Shown one piece after another: positions 13,021-23,918 of a stretch of 64,000 nt of DNA. Under the pieces are notes generated by a model that saw nothing but the letters and a program-made list of their open reading frames with translations, was not told the origin of the DNA and ran no database searches. Position numbers and translations under genes: made by a program. The stretch lies in contig CAVUAK010000003.1 of NCBI GenBank assembly GCA_963739455.1, positions 64,001-128,000 on the forward strand, read 5' to 3'. Position 1 is the stretch's first letter. Each line of letters starts with the position of its first letter. Source of the DNA: an uncultured Gemmatimonadales bacterium. Its GTDB lineage: Bacteria; Gemmatimonadota; Gemmatimonadetes; Gemmatimonadales; GWC2-71-9.

Positions 13021-14801
13021 ATGCGTCGCCAAACACTGATCCTGCTGCTGGCGGGGGCGGTCGGCTGTGCCGGGAAGGCCACGGTACAACCCACGGCCCA
13101 GCCGTCGACGCAGGTCTCTGCTGCGACGCCCGGCAAGGTTCCGGTCAGTCCGGCTCCCGCCCCCGCCTCGATCGGCCCCCTCGACAGCAGCCAGGTTTCC
13201 AGCATCGCCCACAGACGTCAGCCTCTCGGCCGACTCCGCCGCCGACGAGGCGGTGCTCGACCAGCTGGCGGTGGCCCAGCCGGTCGACGTCGCCACCGAT
13301 GACGAACTGCCCCCGGTTCCCGTCTCCTGGGACATCGACGTCACCACCTGGGGCGATCACGAGCGGGTCCAGTTCTACCTGAGCCTTCTTCGAGGAGCAG
13401 GCGCATCCCCGCTTCCAGATCTGGATCGAGCGGATGCCGGTGTACGAGCCGATGATCCGCCAGAAGCTCCAGGCGGCCAACATGCCGACCGACCTGGTGT
13501 ACCTGGCCCTCATCGAGAGCGGTTTCTCCAACTCCGCCATCAGCCGCACCCGCGCCGTCGGCATGTGGCAGTTCATGCCCCGCACCGGCAAGGAGTACGG
13601 CCTCCGCATCGACAGCTGGGTGGATGAACGGCGCGACCCGGTGAAGGCCACCGACGCCGCCCTCGAGTTCCTTTCCGATCTCTATCAGCGCTTTGGTTCC
13701 TACTACCTCGCCGCGGCGGCGTACAACGCCGGCGGCGGCAAGATCTCGCGCGGGCTCAAGAAGGTCGGCGCGAAGCCCACCGTCAGCCAGGCCTCGTCGA
13801 CGGCACCGGTGGACGGCGAGGAAGCGCTCACGGAGGACGAGGACGAGGGCTTCTCCGACGCCGACTTCTTCAAGCTCTACGACACGAAGCACATCCGGCG
13901 TGAGACCAAGGACTACGTCCCCAAGCTCATCGCAGCGGCACGCATCGCGAAGGAGCCGCAGCGCTACGGCTTCCAGCCGGCGCCCCCCACCAGCCAGTTC
14001 CCGCTCGATTCGCTCATCGTGAGCGGCATGACCGGGCTCGATGTGGTCGCCCAGCTGGCCGACACGTCGCTGGAGCACATCCGCGATCTCAACCCGCAGT
14101 TCCTCCGCTACGCCACGCCGCCCGGCACCACGTCGATCGTGCGCGTGCCGCATGGCCGCCAGGCGTCGACCCAGGCTGCATACGACGTGCTGCCCGCGGC
14201 TGAGCGCGTCACCTTCGCCTACTACACTGCGAAGAAGGGTGACACCCCCGCCAAGGTCGCCCAGCACTACGGCGTGCCGGTGGGCGTGTTGTATGAGGCG
14301 AACCCGTGGATGCGCTCCGGCAGCGCGGTGAAGGCCGGCCGGCAGGTGGTGGTGCCCACGGGTGGCAGCGCCAGCGTGGTCGTGGCGCGGCAGGTGTCGA
14401 CGGTGCATGAGTCCCCCGACCGGGGCAGCAGCCGCGGCGGCTACCACACCGTCCGGAAGGGCGAGACCCTGGGCGGCATTGCCAGGAGCTACCACATGAG
14501 CACCGCGCAGCTCAAGTCCATGAATGGCATGCAGGGCAACACCATTCGTGTCGGCCAGAAGCTTCGCGTCTCCGGCAGCGCCAAGCGTCCCCCGGCGCAG
14601 GTTGCCTCCCGCGACCATGCCAAGGGTGGCGGCGCGGCCAGCGGTGGCAGCTCCACCGTCAAGTACAAGGTCCGGAGCGGCGACACGCTGACGGGCATCG
14701 CGAAGCAGCACGGCGTCACCGTCGCCTCCATCAAGCAGGTCAACAATCTCAGCGGTGGGCTCAAGGCCGGCACGACGATAAGGATTCCGAAGAAGGCGTA
14801 G
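13021..14801 (+). CDS. MltD-like lytic transglycosylase lipoprotein with LysM repeats (5' frameshifts)
   Basis: Lipobox AVGC, LALIESG, AVGMWQFM, AAYNAG, ETKDYVPK, LysM domains (HTVRKGETL, YKVRSGDTL). Confidence 0.88.
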
Positions 14802-14840
14802 GGACATGGCGGGGAGGGCGGGGAAGACGCGAGGAAAACA

Positions 14841-14872
14841 AGCGGCGGCCGGGATTCTCCCCGACCGCCGCT
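14841..14872. terminator. Hairpin between convergent transglycosylase genes
   Basis: AGCGGCGGCCGGGA...TCCCGACCGCCGCT. Confidence 0.5.
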
Positions 14873-14899
14873 CCGTATTCCTCCCCGCCCTCCCCGCCC

Positions 14900-15613
14900 T
14901 TACGTCCCCAGCTCCTTCGCGCGCTGCTGCATGGCGGGAGTGACTCGCTTCGGTTGATACCCCCTCAGCACCGCGTTCTCATACCCGTTCGACGGATCGC
15001 CACCCTCGGCCACGATCTGGTTCACCCGGCCCGGGCCACGGTTGTACGCCAGCAGTGCCAGCTCATAGTCGTGCCGGTACTGCTTCAACAGGTCGTTCAG
15101 GAACCGGAACCCGATGCGCAGGTTCACGTCCCGCTCATACAGTGCCTTCTCGTCCAGCGCGCTGTTGTAGAACTTCGCCGTCGCCAGCTGCACCTGGGTG
15201 AAGCCGATGGCGTTCATGTTGCTCCGCGCCGCCGGCTTGAAGTTGCTCTCCACCTTCACCAGGCGGAACGCCAGCTGCGGGTCGATCCCTTCCTGCAGCG
15301 CGATATCGTAGATCGCCGAGGCCAGGTCGGCCGGGATCTGGTAGCGCGCCGAGTAGCCGAGAATGGCTTCAGCGCGATCGAGCTTGAGCGTAAGCAGGGC
15401 CGCGGTGCCGTCGAACGACGGTGCCGTCGTGGCCGCTGCGGGAACAATCGTCGTCACCGCGGAATCGGGTGACGGCGGCGCCACCTCAATCTGCGACCGG
15501 CGTGACCAACCGCTGATGGCGCTGATGAGGAGTGCACCGGCCAGCAGCGCACCTGCGCGTGCAAGCGGTCCTTTGCGCCAATTCGGGCGCGGCAGGCTGG
15601 TCGGGAACTTCAT
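14900..15613 (-). CDS. SLT-domain lytic transglycosylase
   Basis: LVKVESNF, AIGFTQV, LALLAYNRGPG. Confidence 0.85.
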   Translation of the reverse strand: MKFPTSLPRPNWRKGPLARAGALLAGALLISAISGWSRRSQIEVAPPSPDSAVTTIVPAAATTAPSFDGTAALLTLKLDRAEAILGYSARYQIPADLASAIYDIALQEGIDPQLAFRLVKVESNFKPAARSNMNAIGFTQVQLATAKFYNSALDEKALYERDVNLRIGFRFLNDLLKQYRHDYELALLAYNRGPGRVNQIVAEGGDPSNGYENAVLRGYQPKRVTPAMQQRAKELGT

Positions 15614-15652
15614 GTCATACCTCCTTGCTGTCGTTGAACGGCAGCGGACTGG

Positions 15653-16150
15653 TCAGGGCCCCTCGCGGTGCCAATCGCCCCGGGTTCCCCCGGTCTTGCT
15701 GACCAGCCGGATCTCGTCGATGACCATGCTCCGGTCGACCGACTTGACCATGTCATAGACGGTAAGGCACGCCACCGAGACCGCCGTGAGCGCCTCCATC
15801 TCGACACCGGTGCGGCCGGTGAGGCTGGCGGAGGCAGTAATGCGCACCCCCGGCAGTGACTCATCCAGCCGCGCCTCGACCGTGACCACATCCAGCGCCA
15901 GTGGATGGCAGAGGGGGATCAACTCCCCGGTCTTCTTCGCTGCCATCACCCCAGCCAACTCGGCCACGGCAAGTACATCACCCTTCTCAACGGCCCGCTC
16001 CAAGACGAGCCGGAATGCATCTGCTGACATCTGTACCGCACCCTCAGCCACTGCGGTGCGCTGCGAGGATGGCTTGCCGCCAACATCTACCATCCGTGCC
16101 CGCCCCTCATCGTCCAGGTGCGTTAGCGCCGAATCATTCTGTCGACTCAC
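15653..16150 (-). CDS. moaC: Cyclic pyranopterin monophosphate synthase
   Basis: LTHLD...[29 protein letters not shown]. Confidence 0.95.
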   Translation of the reverse strand: MSRQNDSALTHLDDEGRARMVDVGGKPSSQRTAVAEGAVQMSADAFRLVLERAVEKGDVLAVAELAGVMAAKKTGELIPLCHPLALDVVTVEARLDESLPGVRITASASLTGRTGVEMEALTAVSVACLTVYDMVKSVDRSMVIDEIRLVSKTGGTRGDWHREGP

Positions 16151-16201
16151 TGACGACTCACGACTGACGACTCACGACTCCCAAGGCACATCGCCAGGTC
16201 C

Positions 16202-17266
16202 TCAGCAAGCACCGCCACCAGCAGCTGCGGATTCACGTTGCCCTGTGCCGCCTCCTTCGCTGCCGCCACATGTCGCTGCGCCTCGAGCAATCGCGACACC
16301 GGTCGCGGGGTCCTGAGCGCGGCGAGGCAGTGCGCGGCGCGGCGTCATGCCGCTGGCGGCGCGTGCGGCATCGCCCAATGACTGCTCCAGCGCATCGAGC
16401 ATCGCGCTGAATTCTCCGCGGGCCGACCAGGTTCCCTGCTTCAGCACTCGCTCGGCCCGCGACACCGAACCTTGAAGTGCCACGTCCACCAGGTCGGCCG
16501 CTGCGGCATGCGCCTTGGCGCCCGCATCACTCGCGCTGATCGCAGCGCCGATCGACCCCTCGGCGGTGCGCACCCGCTCCTCCAGCGCCGCCGGTGACAG
16601 GGCCGGCTTCAACTCCGCCTCGAGGAACGCCCGCACCTCCGCATCCGTCAGTCGCCCCAGTCGTACCGGCACCACCCGCGAGCGAATGGTCGGCAACAGG
16701 CGACCCGCGTCCGTCGCGGTGAGGACGAACCAGGTATTCGCCGGCGGCTCCTCCAGCAACTTCAGGAGCGCGTTGGCGGCTTCCTGACTCGACTCCTGCG
16801 GCACCAGCCGCTCCGCATGCCCGATGATGAAGACCGTCGGGCCACCCTCGACTGACTTGAGCGCCGCCCGCCGCTGGATCAGGCGAACGGTGGCGAGCGG
16901 GTGACTCGCCATCCCATCGAGCGCACCATACAGCGGGCTCTTCCGCCGTTCGGCGATGATCTCGCCAATCAGTTCGGCCGCCTCATCCACCTGCTTGTCG
17001 GCATCGGTGGCCTTGGGCCTGAGGATCGGCACGATCCAGTGCAAGTCCGCATGTCCCAGATCCGTTACCAGGCGACATCCTCTACACTTGCCACATGGCC
17101 CCTGCTGCTCGCACAGCAACAGTTGGCCGAGCCACAGGGCGAGTCGCTGCCTGCCTACACCCTCAGTGCCCTCGAACAGGAGCACCTGGGGCATCCGTCC
17201 GCCCCGTACAGCATCCCCAAGCCGTTGCCGGACTGCCTTATGACCAATCAGGGGTGCCAGAGCCAT
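16202..17266 (-). CDS. holB: DNA polymerase III delta' subunit (C-terminal frameshift)
   Basis: CEQQGPCGKCRGC zinc motif, AANALLKLLEEPP, LLPTIRSR. Confidence 0.88.
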   Translation of the reverse strand: MALAPLIGHKAVRQRLGDAVRGGRMPQVLLFEGTEGVGRQRLALWLGQLLLCEQQGPCGKCRGCRLVTDLGHADLHWIVPILRPKATDADKQVDEAAELIGEIIAERRKSPLYGALDGMASHPLATVRLIQRRAALKSVEGGPTVFIIGHAERLVPQESSQEAANALLKLLEEPPANTWFVLTATDAGRLLPTIRSRVVPVRLGRLTDAEVRAFLEAELKPALSPAALEERVRTAEGSIGAAISASDAGAKAHAAAADLVDVALQGSVSRAERVLKQGTWSARGEFSAMLDALEQSLGDAARAASGMTPRRALPRRAQDPATGVAIARGAATCGGSEGGGTGQRESAAAGGGAC

Positions 17267-17564
17267 GAAGGAATATCGCTTGTTTCGGGCCAGAACGGAA
17301 GGGGCGAGAAATCGCGTAACCCATTGTTTGTCAACATGTTACAGTGACATTATGGCAAGCTTTGCTTGGAAAAGTCATGGTGCAAAGGTGCATGTTACGA
17401 TAGTGAATACTCGCATGCTTAGCAGTGGTCGGAACTGAGTTACCTGAGGCTCAAACCGCTTGTCGGAGAACCATTTGGGAGGGGGGTCAAAATGGCGCAG
17501 GTCCAGGCCGACAGACGGCGCATGGAAGCTCGCCCCGAGTGAACTATGCGAGCAAGCGCTCACA

Positions 17565-17580
17565 TGTGATAAAAGTCACA
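17565..17580. promoter_or_regulatory. CRP/FNR-family-like palindrome
   Basis: TGTGA-TAAAAG-TCACA, perfect TGTGA-N6-TCACA, in an AT-rich intergenic region. Confidence 0.5.
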
Positions 17581-17690
17581 AAACGGTCGGTCGAATTGTC
17601 GCGCTGAAACAGTAAGTGTCGCGACAGCACCTCGCGCAAAGGATGCGACCTTGCCCCCCTCTCCTGCGCTACTTAGGATTGGCTCCGCTT

Positions 17691-17763
17691 TCCCGAGTAG
17701 CTCAGTTGGTAGAGCAGCTGACTGTTAATCAGCGGGTCGCAGGTTCGAGTCCTGCCTCGGGAG
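17691..17763 (+). tRNA. tRNA-Asn (GUU)
   Basis: TCCCGAG/CTCGGGA acceptor, GCTGA-CTGTTAA-TCAGC anticodon arm, GCAGG-TTCGAGT-CCTGC T arm. Confidence 0.96.
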
Positions 17764-17782
17764 CTTCGATCTCGCACACAAC

Positions 17783-17808
17783 AAGAGGCCCGCTTTCGCG
17801 GGCCTCTT
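17783..17808. terminator. Intrinsic terminator, probably bidirectional
   Basis: AAGAGGCCCGC-TTTC-GCGGGCCTCTT followed by T-rich bases. Confidence 0.75.
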
Positions 17809-17836
17809 CGCTTTTCCTGCAGGTGCTTCGCCGTCG

Positions 17837-18211
17837 CTACTTGAGCCACAGGTAGAGACCGATCAATCCCATCACCAGTCCACCCACAGCGATTGCGGTT
17901 CCCGCACTGTCACCGATAAGCAGGCCGCCGATGAATGCGGCGCCACCCACGATCGCCAGCACCGGGCCAGTGCCACCCTTCGCGCGTCGCTGATCATTCC
18001 AGGTCATCTCCGTCGACGCATCGGCGACACTGCTGTATCCCACGGTCAGGCTCGCAATCGTGGGTCCGGCCGTCGGCGCTGCCGGCGCCACCGCCGGAAC
18101 GACATCGGCGAGTGCTGCATCGGGCGTGGCCATCTGCGCTGCGAGCGGCGATGCTACTGCACATGCGACGAGCGACAACAACTGCACACGAAGGCTGGAG
18201 CGCGTTGGCAT
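17837..18211 (-). CDS. Hypothetical protein with signal peptide and two C-terminal Gly-rich TM helices
   Basis: MPTRSSLRVQLLSLVACAVASPLAAQ...VLAIVGGAAFIGGLLIG. Confidence 0.6.
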   Translation of the reverse strand: MPTRSSLRVQLLSLVACAVASPLAAQMATPDAALADVVPAVAPAAPTAGPTIASLTVGYSSVADASTEMTWNDQRRAKGGTGPVLAIVGGAAFIGGLLIGDSAGTAIAVGGLVMGLIGLYLWLK

Positions 18212-18327
18212 AGGGGTCCGGTGTTTGATGTTGAACTGGGGTGCACTCGGTATACCGGCCAGGTCCCCAATCGTCTCGGAACCCTGTTCCCTGTTCCCTG
18301 TTCCCTCTTCTCCCTCACGTCCGCTTC

Positions 18328-18546
18328 TCAATCGAATCCGAGCGCGACGATCACCACGCCGAGCAGCGCTACCGCCAGGATCGTTGTCACCGTCACGATC
18401 GTCTTGAACAGGAAGCGATACTTCTCCGCGCGCCGTCGAAGATCGGCGAGTTCCACGGACGAGATCTGCTCCATGGGGACAGGTACCGCGGGCTGGATGA
18501 TCGCGGGCTCCACCACCGCGATGACGGCAGGTACGGTTTCGGGCAT
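18328..18546 (-). CDS. Small hypothetical membrane protein
   Basis: MPETVPAV...; C-terminal TM; follows the GNAT gene. Confidence 0.45.
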   Translation of the reverse strand: MPETVPAVIAVVEPAIIQPAVPVPMEQISSVELADLRRRAEKYRFLFKTIVTVTTILAVALLGVVIVALGFD

Positions 18547-18548
18547 GG

Positions 18549-19022
18549 TCAGAGATCCTTGAGGTAGTGCATCGTCTCCGGCGTGTAGCCGAGGTGCTCG
18601 TACAGCCCGCGGGCGCGCTCGTTCTGTGCCCAGACATTGAGCGAGATGCGGGAGAAGCCCCGGCCCCGGGCCCACGATTCCGCGGCGTCCATCAGCGCGC
18701 GCGCCACGCCACGTCCCCGCGCGGCCGGATCTACCGCGAGCACCTCGACGTGCGCCAGCGGCTCGTGCGTGAAATAGTCTACCTGCGTTGTCAGGCATGC
18801 GACTCCATCGAGGCCGCCCGGCCCGTCGGCGACGAAAGCGACGGTGCCCGGCGACTCGCCATGAAGCGCCTCGCGAATGATGCCATCGTCGGCTCGCTGG
18901 ATCTCGCGCGCCGTGCGCCAGGGCGGTACCGGAAACGCCGAGAGCTGGTCGGCTAGCGACAGTGCTGCCGCCTCGTCGGCCCGAACCCCACGTCGCACGA
19001 CCACCACCGCGCGTTCCGTCAA
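18549..19022 (-). CDS. GNAT N-acetyltransferase
   Basis: LAVDPAARGRGVARALM, NERARGLYEHLGY. Confidence 0.85.
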   Translation of the reverse strand: MTERAVVVVRRGVRADEAAALSLADQLSAFPVPPWRTAREIQRADDGIIREALHGESPGTVAFVADGPGGLDGVACLTTQVDYFTHEPLAHVEVLAVDPAARGRGVARALMDAAESWARGRGFSRISLNVWAQNERARGLYEHLGYTPETMHYLKDL

Positions 19023-19564
19023 ATTGCCCGTCCCATCCGCACGCACGGTATCAGCACTCCGTCAGGCAACGGCACCACCATCTGCTCGATCTCCTCGAAG
19101 CCGTAGGCGCGGTAGAGCGGCTCCCCAGGCAGGGTGGCAACCAGCATCAGTCGGGTGAACCCGGCCGCGCGTGCCGCCTCGACGCACGCGTCCAGCAGCA
19201 TCCGCCCGATACCGCGACGCGCCCAGTCCGGGTGCACGAAGAACGCCCTGATGCGTGCCGGGTCCGTCGCGGCGTCGATGAGGGCATCGGCATCGTGCTT
19301 GGCGTGATCCCCGCCATAGTGCGTCTGCCGCATGCTCCACCCGCCGCAACCAACGATCACGTCACCCGCCTCGACACAGAAGTAGGTGCCGTCCCGCACC
19401 AGGGCAGTATCCACCCCGAAGACGTACTTGATGGAGCTCTCGATCTGCACCCTGGAGTAGTAGCCCGGGCCCAGGCCGCGCACAGAGGCCTGGATGAGTT
19501 CATTCATCGCCGCCTCATCTTCCAGCCTGGCCCGGCGCAAGGTGAACGCCGCGGTCGCCGCCAT
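19019..19564 (-). CDS. GNAT N-acetyltransferase
   Basis: RAFFVHPDWARRGIG, ATLPGEPLY. Confidence 0.88.
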   Translation of the reverse strand: MAATAAFTLRRARLEDEAAMNELIQASVRGLGPGYYSRVQIESSIKYVFGVDTALVRDGTYFCVEAGDVIVGCGGWSMRQTHYGGDHAKHDADALIDAATDPARIRAFFVHPDWARRGIGRMLLDACVEAARAAGFTRLMLVATLPGEPLYRAYGFEEIEQMVVPLPDGVLIPCVRMGRAI

Positions 19565-19977
19565 CAGGCGAACGCGGCCAGCGCGGCGGCCGCGATCTCC
19601 CCATCCTGTGCCGACGTCATGCCGCTGATCCCGATCGCACCAATGATGGCGCCGTCATGCGTCACCGGCACGCCGCCCTCCAGCATCAGGGCAAAACGGC
19701 TCACCGACAGCAGGCTCATGCGCCCGCCCGCGATACCGTCTTCCATCGCCTTGGTCGGGCGCTTGAAGCGGGCGGCCGTTCTCGCCTTCTCGATCGCGAT
19801 GTCCTGGCTCGCCGGCTGGGTGCCGTCCAGCACGTGAACGAGCACGAGACCCCCCGTTGGATCGACGACCGCAATCGCAACAGCCCAACCCCGCTTGAGT
19901 GCCTCGGCTTCCCCCGCTGCCGCCAGCGCTTTCGCGCCTTCCAGCGTGATGAACGAAACCGAACGACTTGACGCCAT
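19564..19977 (-). CDS. GlcG/HbpS heme-binding family protein
   Basis: IAVVDPTG, AIEKARTAA, GGVPV...IGAIGISG...DGEIA. Confidence 0.88.
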   Translation of the reverse strand: MASSRSVSFITLEGAKALAAAGEAEALKRGWAVAIAVVDPTGGLVLVHVLDGTQPASQDIAIEKARTAARFKRPTKAMEDGIAGGRMSLLSVSRFALMLEGGVPVTHDGAIIGAIGISGMTSAQDGEIAAAALAAFA

Positions 19978-20000
19978 GAAGAACTCCCAAATGAATGGTC

Positions 20001-20060
20001 CCCTCACCCCTCACCCCTCACCCCTCACCCCTCACCCTTCACCCCTCACCCCTCACCCCT
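20001..20060. repeat. Heptamer tandem repeat (CCCTCAC) x~8
   Basis: Directly visible in the sequence. Confidence 0.9.
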
Positions 20061-20066
20061 TCCCTG

Positions 20067-20681
20067 TTACCGCTTTTTCTCCACAGCGGCTCGCACCGCG
20101 CACCCCTCCAGATGGTCATTGACCAGCCCCATCGCCTGCATGAACGCATACACCGTCGTGGGACCCACGAACGACCAGCCCCGCTTCTTCAGGTCCTTGG
20201 ACAGCGCCTGCGACGCCTCCGACTGGCCCAGCGTGCGCAGCACCGCGAGCGTCATCTTCTTCGGTCGGGCCGCCGGCGCCGGCTCGTAGCGCCACACATA
20301 GTCGGCGAGCGAGCCGAACTCGTCCACCAGGTCGGCGACCCGCCCGGCATTGTTGATGGTCGCCAGGATCTTGCCCCGGTGCCGCACGATCCCCGCGTCC
20401 TGCAGCAGCTGCTCAACTTTCTTCGGCGTGAATCGCGCGACCTTGTCGGCCTCGAAGTTCGCGAACGCCTTCCGGAACGCCTCGCGCTTCCGGAGAATCG
20501 TGAGCCAGCTCAGCCCCGATTGGAATCCCTCCAGCGACAGCTTCTCGAACAGCCGCCGGTCGTCCCGCACCGGGAACCCCCATTCCTCATCGTGATAGGC
20601 GATGTACTCCGGTGTCGCGGCACACCACGCGCAACGAGCGACACCATCTGCCGCACGGAAGACCCCGCTGTCAAGAGTCAT
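20067..20681 (-). CDS. tag: DNA-3-methyladenine glycosylase I
   Basis: RCAW, YHDEEWG, LEGFQSGLSW, FVGPTTVYAFMQAMGLVNDH. Confidence 0.93.
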   Translation of the reverse strand: MTLDSGVFRAADGVARCAWCAATPEYIAYHDEEWGFPVRDDRRLFEKLSLEGFQSGLSWLTILRKREAFRKAFANFEADKVARFTPKKVEQLLQDAGIVRHRGKILATINNAGRVADLVDEFGSLADYVWRYEPAPAARPKKMTLAVLRTLGQSEASQALSKDLKKRGWSFVGPTTVYAFMQAMGLVNDHLEGCAVRAAVEKKR

Positions 20682-20872
20682 CGAGCACCGTCAAGTCTTG
20701 TTGTCACAATAACTTGTAAACCTTTTCTCGAACGAAAAAACCGTTGGACAGATCACGTACCGCGCTGTATATGGGTGATGCCTACGTAAGTGATCCACCG
20801 TGCCGTCACCGCTTGCCAGCAAGGCGCGTCCGCGTCGCTGCCTGGTCGAGCCTCGAAAGAGGATTCCTGAAA

Positions 20873-21385
20873 ATGACTCCACTGGTCGCACTGGCGTTGA
20901 GCATTGGGGCGCTCGGAGGCATCGCCACCGCCATCTACCTGAAGGTGGGGCTGGCCATCTGGGCGGGATTCATCGCCTGGGCTTGCTTCTTTCACACCGG
21001 GGGCGATACCGAGGCCCTCAAGAAGACGATCATCGGTAACCTCTTCGGCATCTTCTGCGCGGCCGTTGCCGCCGGATTCCTGCTCTCCTCGATCGGCGCC
21101 GCGCTTGGTGGCGCAGCCGCTCCGGTCATCGTTGGCCTGACGGTGTTCGCCATGGTGCTCGGCGCCCACCTCAAGCCGTTCTCCACCATCCCGGCCAGCG
21201 TCTACGGGTATGCGGCGACCTTCGCCTACCTCCTGCAGACCGCGAACGCCATGGTGATCGGGAACTTCACGATCGTCAGCTTCACCGGGAACCCGCTGCT
21301 CGTCGTTTCCGTCTCGATGGTGCTCGGGGCCATTTTTGGTCTGGTCTCGGCGAAGGTGGCAGGAGCGCTTACCAAGAAGGCCTGA
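20873..21385 (+). CDS. DUF1097-family membrane protein
   Basis: WAGFIAWACFFHTGG, IPASVYGYAATF. Confidence 0.8.
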   Translation: MTPLVALALSIGALGGIATAIYLKVGLAIWAGFIAWACFFHTGGDTEALKKTIIGNLFGIFCAAVAAGFLLSSIGAALGGAAAPVIVGLTVFAMVLGAHLKPFSTIPASVYGYAATFAYLLQTANAMVIGNFTIVSFTGNPLLVVSVSMVLGAIFGLVSAKVAGALTKKA

Positions 21386-21419
21386 CATTTCGCCGGGCAC
21401 GGTTTACGAGGGCACACCT

Positions 21420-21445
21420 GGGCCCCGGGAGAAATCCCGGGGCCC
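21420..21445. terminator. Hairpin between convergent genes
   Basis: GGGCCCCGGGA-GAAA-TCCCGGGGCCC. Confidence 0.6.
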
Positions 21446-21499
21446 TCGCGTACCCAACCCCCTCCCCCTCACGCTGTCGCAGTTCCTCCTCACGCTGTT

Positions 21500-23085
21500 T
21501 CAGTTCCCCTTGACCGGCTTCAGGTCGAGGTCCTGGAAGTCAAAGCTGAAGTCCACCTCCGGCGACGCCGGCAGCATCTTGATGCTCGCAATGTTGCCGT
21601 CGGGATCCAGCGTGAACGTGACATACGCATCCGCCCGCACCTCGCGATCCGTCCAGCGCGCCACGAACGTGTCGTACTGCCAGTGCTCCAGCTTGCCCAC
21701 CAGCACCGGCGAATGGGTGAACCGGATCATCAGCTGGCCGTTCTCGTCGGTAATCGCGACGTCGCCATACCAGGGATCGCGATAGGTACCGGCGTACTTG
21801 GCGAGGGGAAGGGACGGCTTGGAGTCGGCATTCCGCGCGCTCGCCGATGCCTTCATCTCGGCGGCGTTCGCCGAGTCGTTGCGTGCCTGTACCCACTTCC
21901 ATGCACCGAGCCAGTCGAACTTCGCCCCCATGTAATAGTCGAGCACATGCAGCGTGATCGCCCGGAACGCCGGGCCCGACTCGGCGTTGGTGAACACCGC
22001 CACGCCCAGGCGCAGGTCCGGTACGGTGCTCACCTCCGACACGAATCCCGGGCAGCCCGCCGGTGTGCTCCGCCACCTTGTAGCCCCGGTAGTCGCTCAT
22101 GTTGAGGCCCAGCGCGTAGCCCCGGAAGTTGGCCCGGAGCGGCGCGAGCTCTGGTGGCGGCGGGTTGTTGCCGAGGATGGTCACCGGCATCCACAGGGCC
22201 CGGGCGGTGCGCGTGGTGTAGAGGGACGTGCCGTCGGACTTCCGGCCGGAGTCGGCCATGATCATGAGCCACTTCGCTTCGTCGGTGGCGTTGGTCATGA
22301 TGCCACCCGCCGGGTTCGTCGCGGCGCTGGTGTCTGGCCACACCGGCTTGAGTGTGCCCTCCACCACCGCATGGGGCGACGCGAGGTTGCTGCGCTGGTC
22401 GGGCGTCGGGTAGTGCGAGAAGCTCGTCGTCATCCCCGCCGGCACCAGGATGTTGCTCGCGCACGAACTCTTCCCATGGCTGTCCCGACACCGCCTCGAT
22501 CAGCTCGCCCGCGACCACGTACAGCACGTTGTCATAGGCATAGCTGTAGCGGAAACTGGTGGCCGGCTTGATGTACTTGAGCTGCCTGGCGATCTGCGCC
22601 CGGGTGTAGTCGGACGCCGGCCACCACAGGAGGTCACCCGCGCCCAGGCCCAGTCCGCTGCGATGCACCAGCAGGTCGCGCACGGTGATTTCGCGCGTCA
22701 CCCACGAGTCGTACATCTGGAACCATGGCAGGTAGTTCGTCACCGGGGCGTCCCACTCGATCTTGCCCCGTTCCACCAGCAGGCCGAGCGCGAGCGAGGT
22801 GAACACCTTCGTGTTGGAGGCAATGCCGAACAGCGTGCCGGCGTCCACGGGCGTCGGGTCGCCGAGGCGCCGGACGCCATATCCCTTCGCGACGATCACC
22901 TTGCCATCCTTCACGATCGTCAGCGAGATGCCGGGGACCCCGAATGCCTTCATCACCGAGTCGACATACTGGTCGAGTCCGGGTGGCACCCCGGCGGGCG
23001 CCGTGGCCGGCTTGGACTTCTGGGCGTGCAGGGACACAGGGAGCGCGAGCAGTGCGATGGCGAGAAGCCGGGCGATCCGGGTCAT
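21500..23085 (-). CDS. Beta-lactamase-family serine hydrolase with DUF3471 (frameshifted)
   Basis: IASNTK (SxxK), YAYDN, HTGG, YAGTYRDPWYG, LEHWQYDTF. Confidence 0.88.
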
Positions 23086-23092
23086 GTCGAGC

Positions 23093-23839
23093 TCAGTTCT
23101 CCAGTGAGAAGGTGACGCGCATGACGGCGGTGATGTCCTTGTCCACCGCAGACACGTCGTTCATGCCGTAGTCTGAAATTTCGGTGCTGTTGCGCGGGGT
23201 GATCTGGAAGACACCCTGCCGGACACTCTTGATCCGGCCGATCGTGCCCCCGGTGCGCTCCGCGATCTGCTTCGCCCGGGTACGGGCATCCTCGGTGGCA
23301 TCGCCAAGCATCTGGATCCGCATCTCGCCCAGGCGGGTGAAGAGATACTGCGGCGGCTCGGGACTGAGCGGCACCCCCTCGGCGAGCAGCGCCCCCGCTT
23401 CGCGACTCAGCGCCGTGACCCGGGCAATGTCCGGCGACGTCACCGCGATGGTCTGGAACAGGCGGTACCCGATGACCCGGTTGGTCTCCTCGCCGCCGAT
23501 GCGCTCGCGCACCGCATTGCTGTTGATGGAGGAGATCTCGACCGTGGAATCGGCGAAGCCTCGCTGCACGATGAACGCCTTCACCCGGGCGGTGATCCGG
23601 GCCAGTTCGTCGGAGGCCTCGGGCAGCGTCGCCCGCTGCACCGAGACCGAGCCGCGCCACATCGCCAGGTCGCTGGTGATCGGCTTGCGCGACGATCCCG
23701 TCACCGTGATCTCGTCGCCGGCGCGCCGCAGCCGCTCGACCGCCACGCCGCCGATGAGTGCCGCCACCACCAGCCCGGCGGCGAGGACCACCGCTCCCCA
23801 GAAAGTGGGCGCGCCCAGCACGCCCCGATCAGTTGTCAT
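23093..23839 (-). CDS. SIMPL (DUF541) domain protein
   Basis: ITVTGSS, ATEDARTRA, QGVFQIT. Confidence 0.85.
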   Translation of the reverse strand: MTTDRGVLGAPTFWGAVVLAAGLVVAALIGGVAVERLRRAGDEITVTGSSRKPITSDLAMWRGSVSVQRATLPEASDELARITARVKAFIVQRGFADSTVEISSINSNAVRERIGGEETNRVIGYRLFQTIAVTSPDIARVTALSREAGALLAEGVPLSPEPPQYLFTRLGEMRIQMLGDATEDARTRAKQIAERTGGTIGRIKSVRQGVFQITPRNSTEISDYGMNDVSAVDKDITAVMRVTFSLEN

Positions 23840-23918
23840 CAGTAGTGGTGCTCCGGCGAGTGTTACGGGGGTATCATCCGGCGCTGCGTCGTCAAGATAA
23901 AGGGTATATCATCTGGCC

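Noticed and set aside
20001..20060. CRISPR array
   Set aside because: Simple heptamer tandem without spacers; no cas genes in the window
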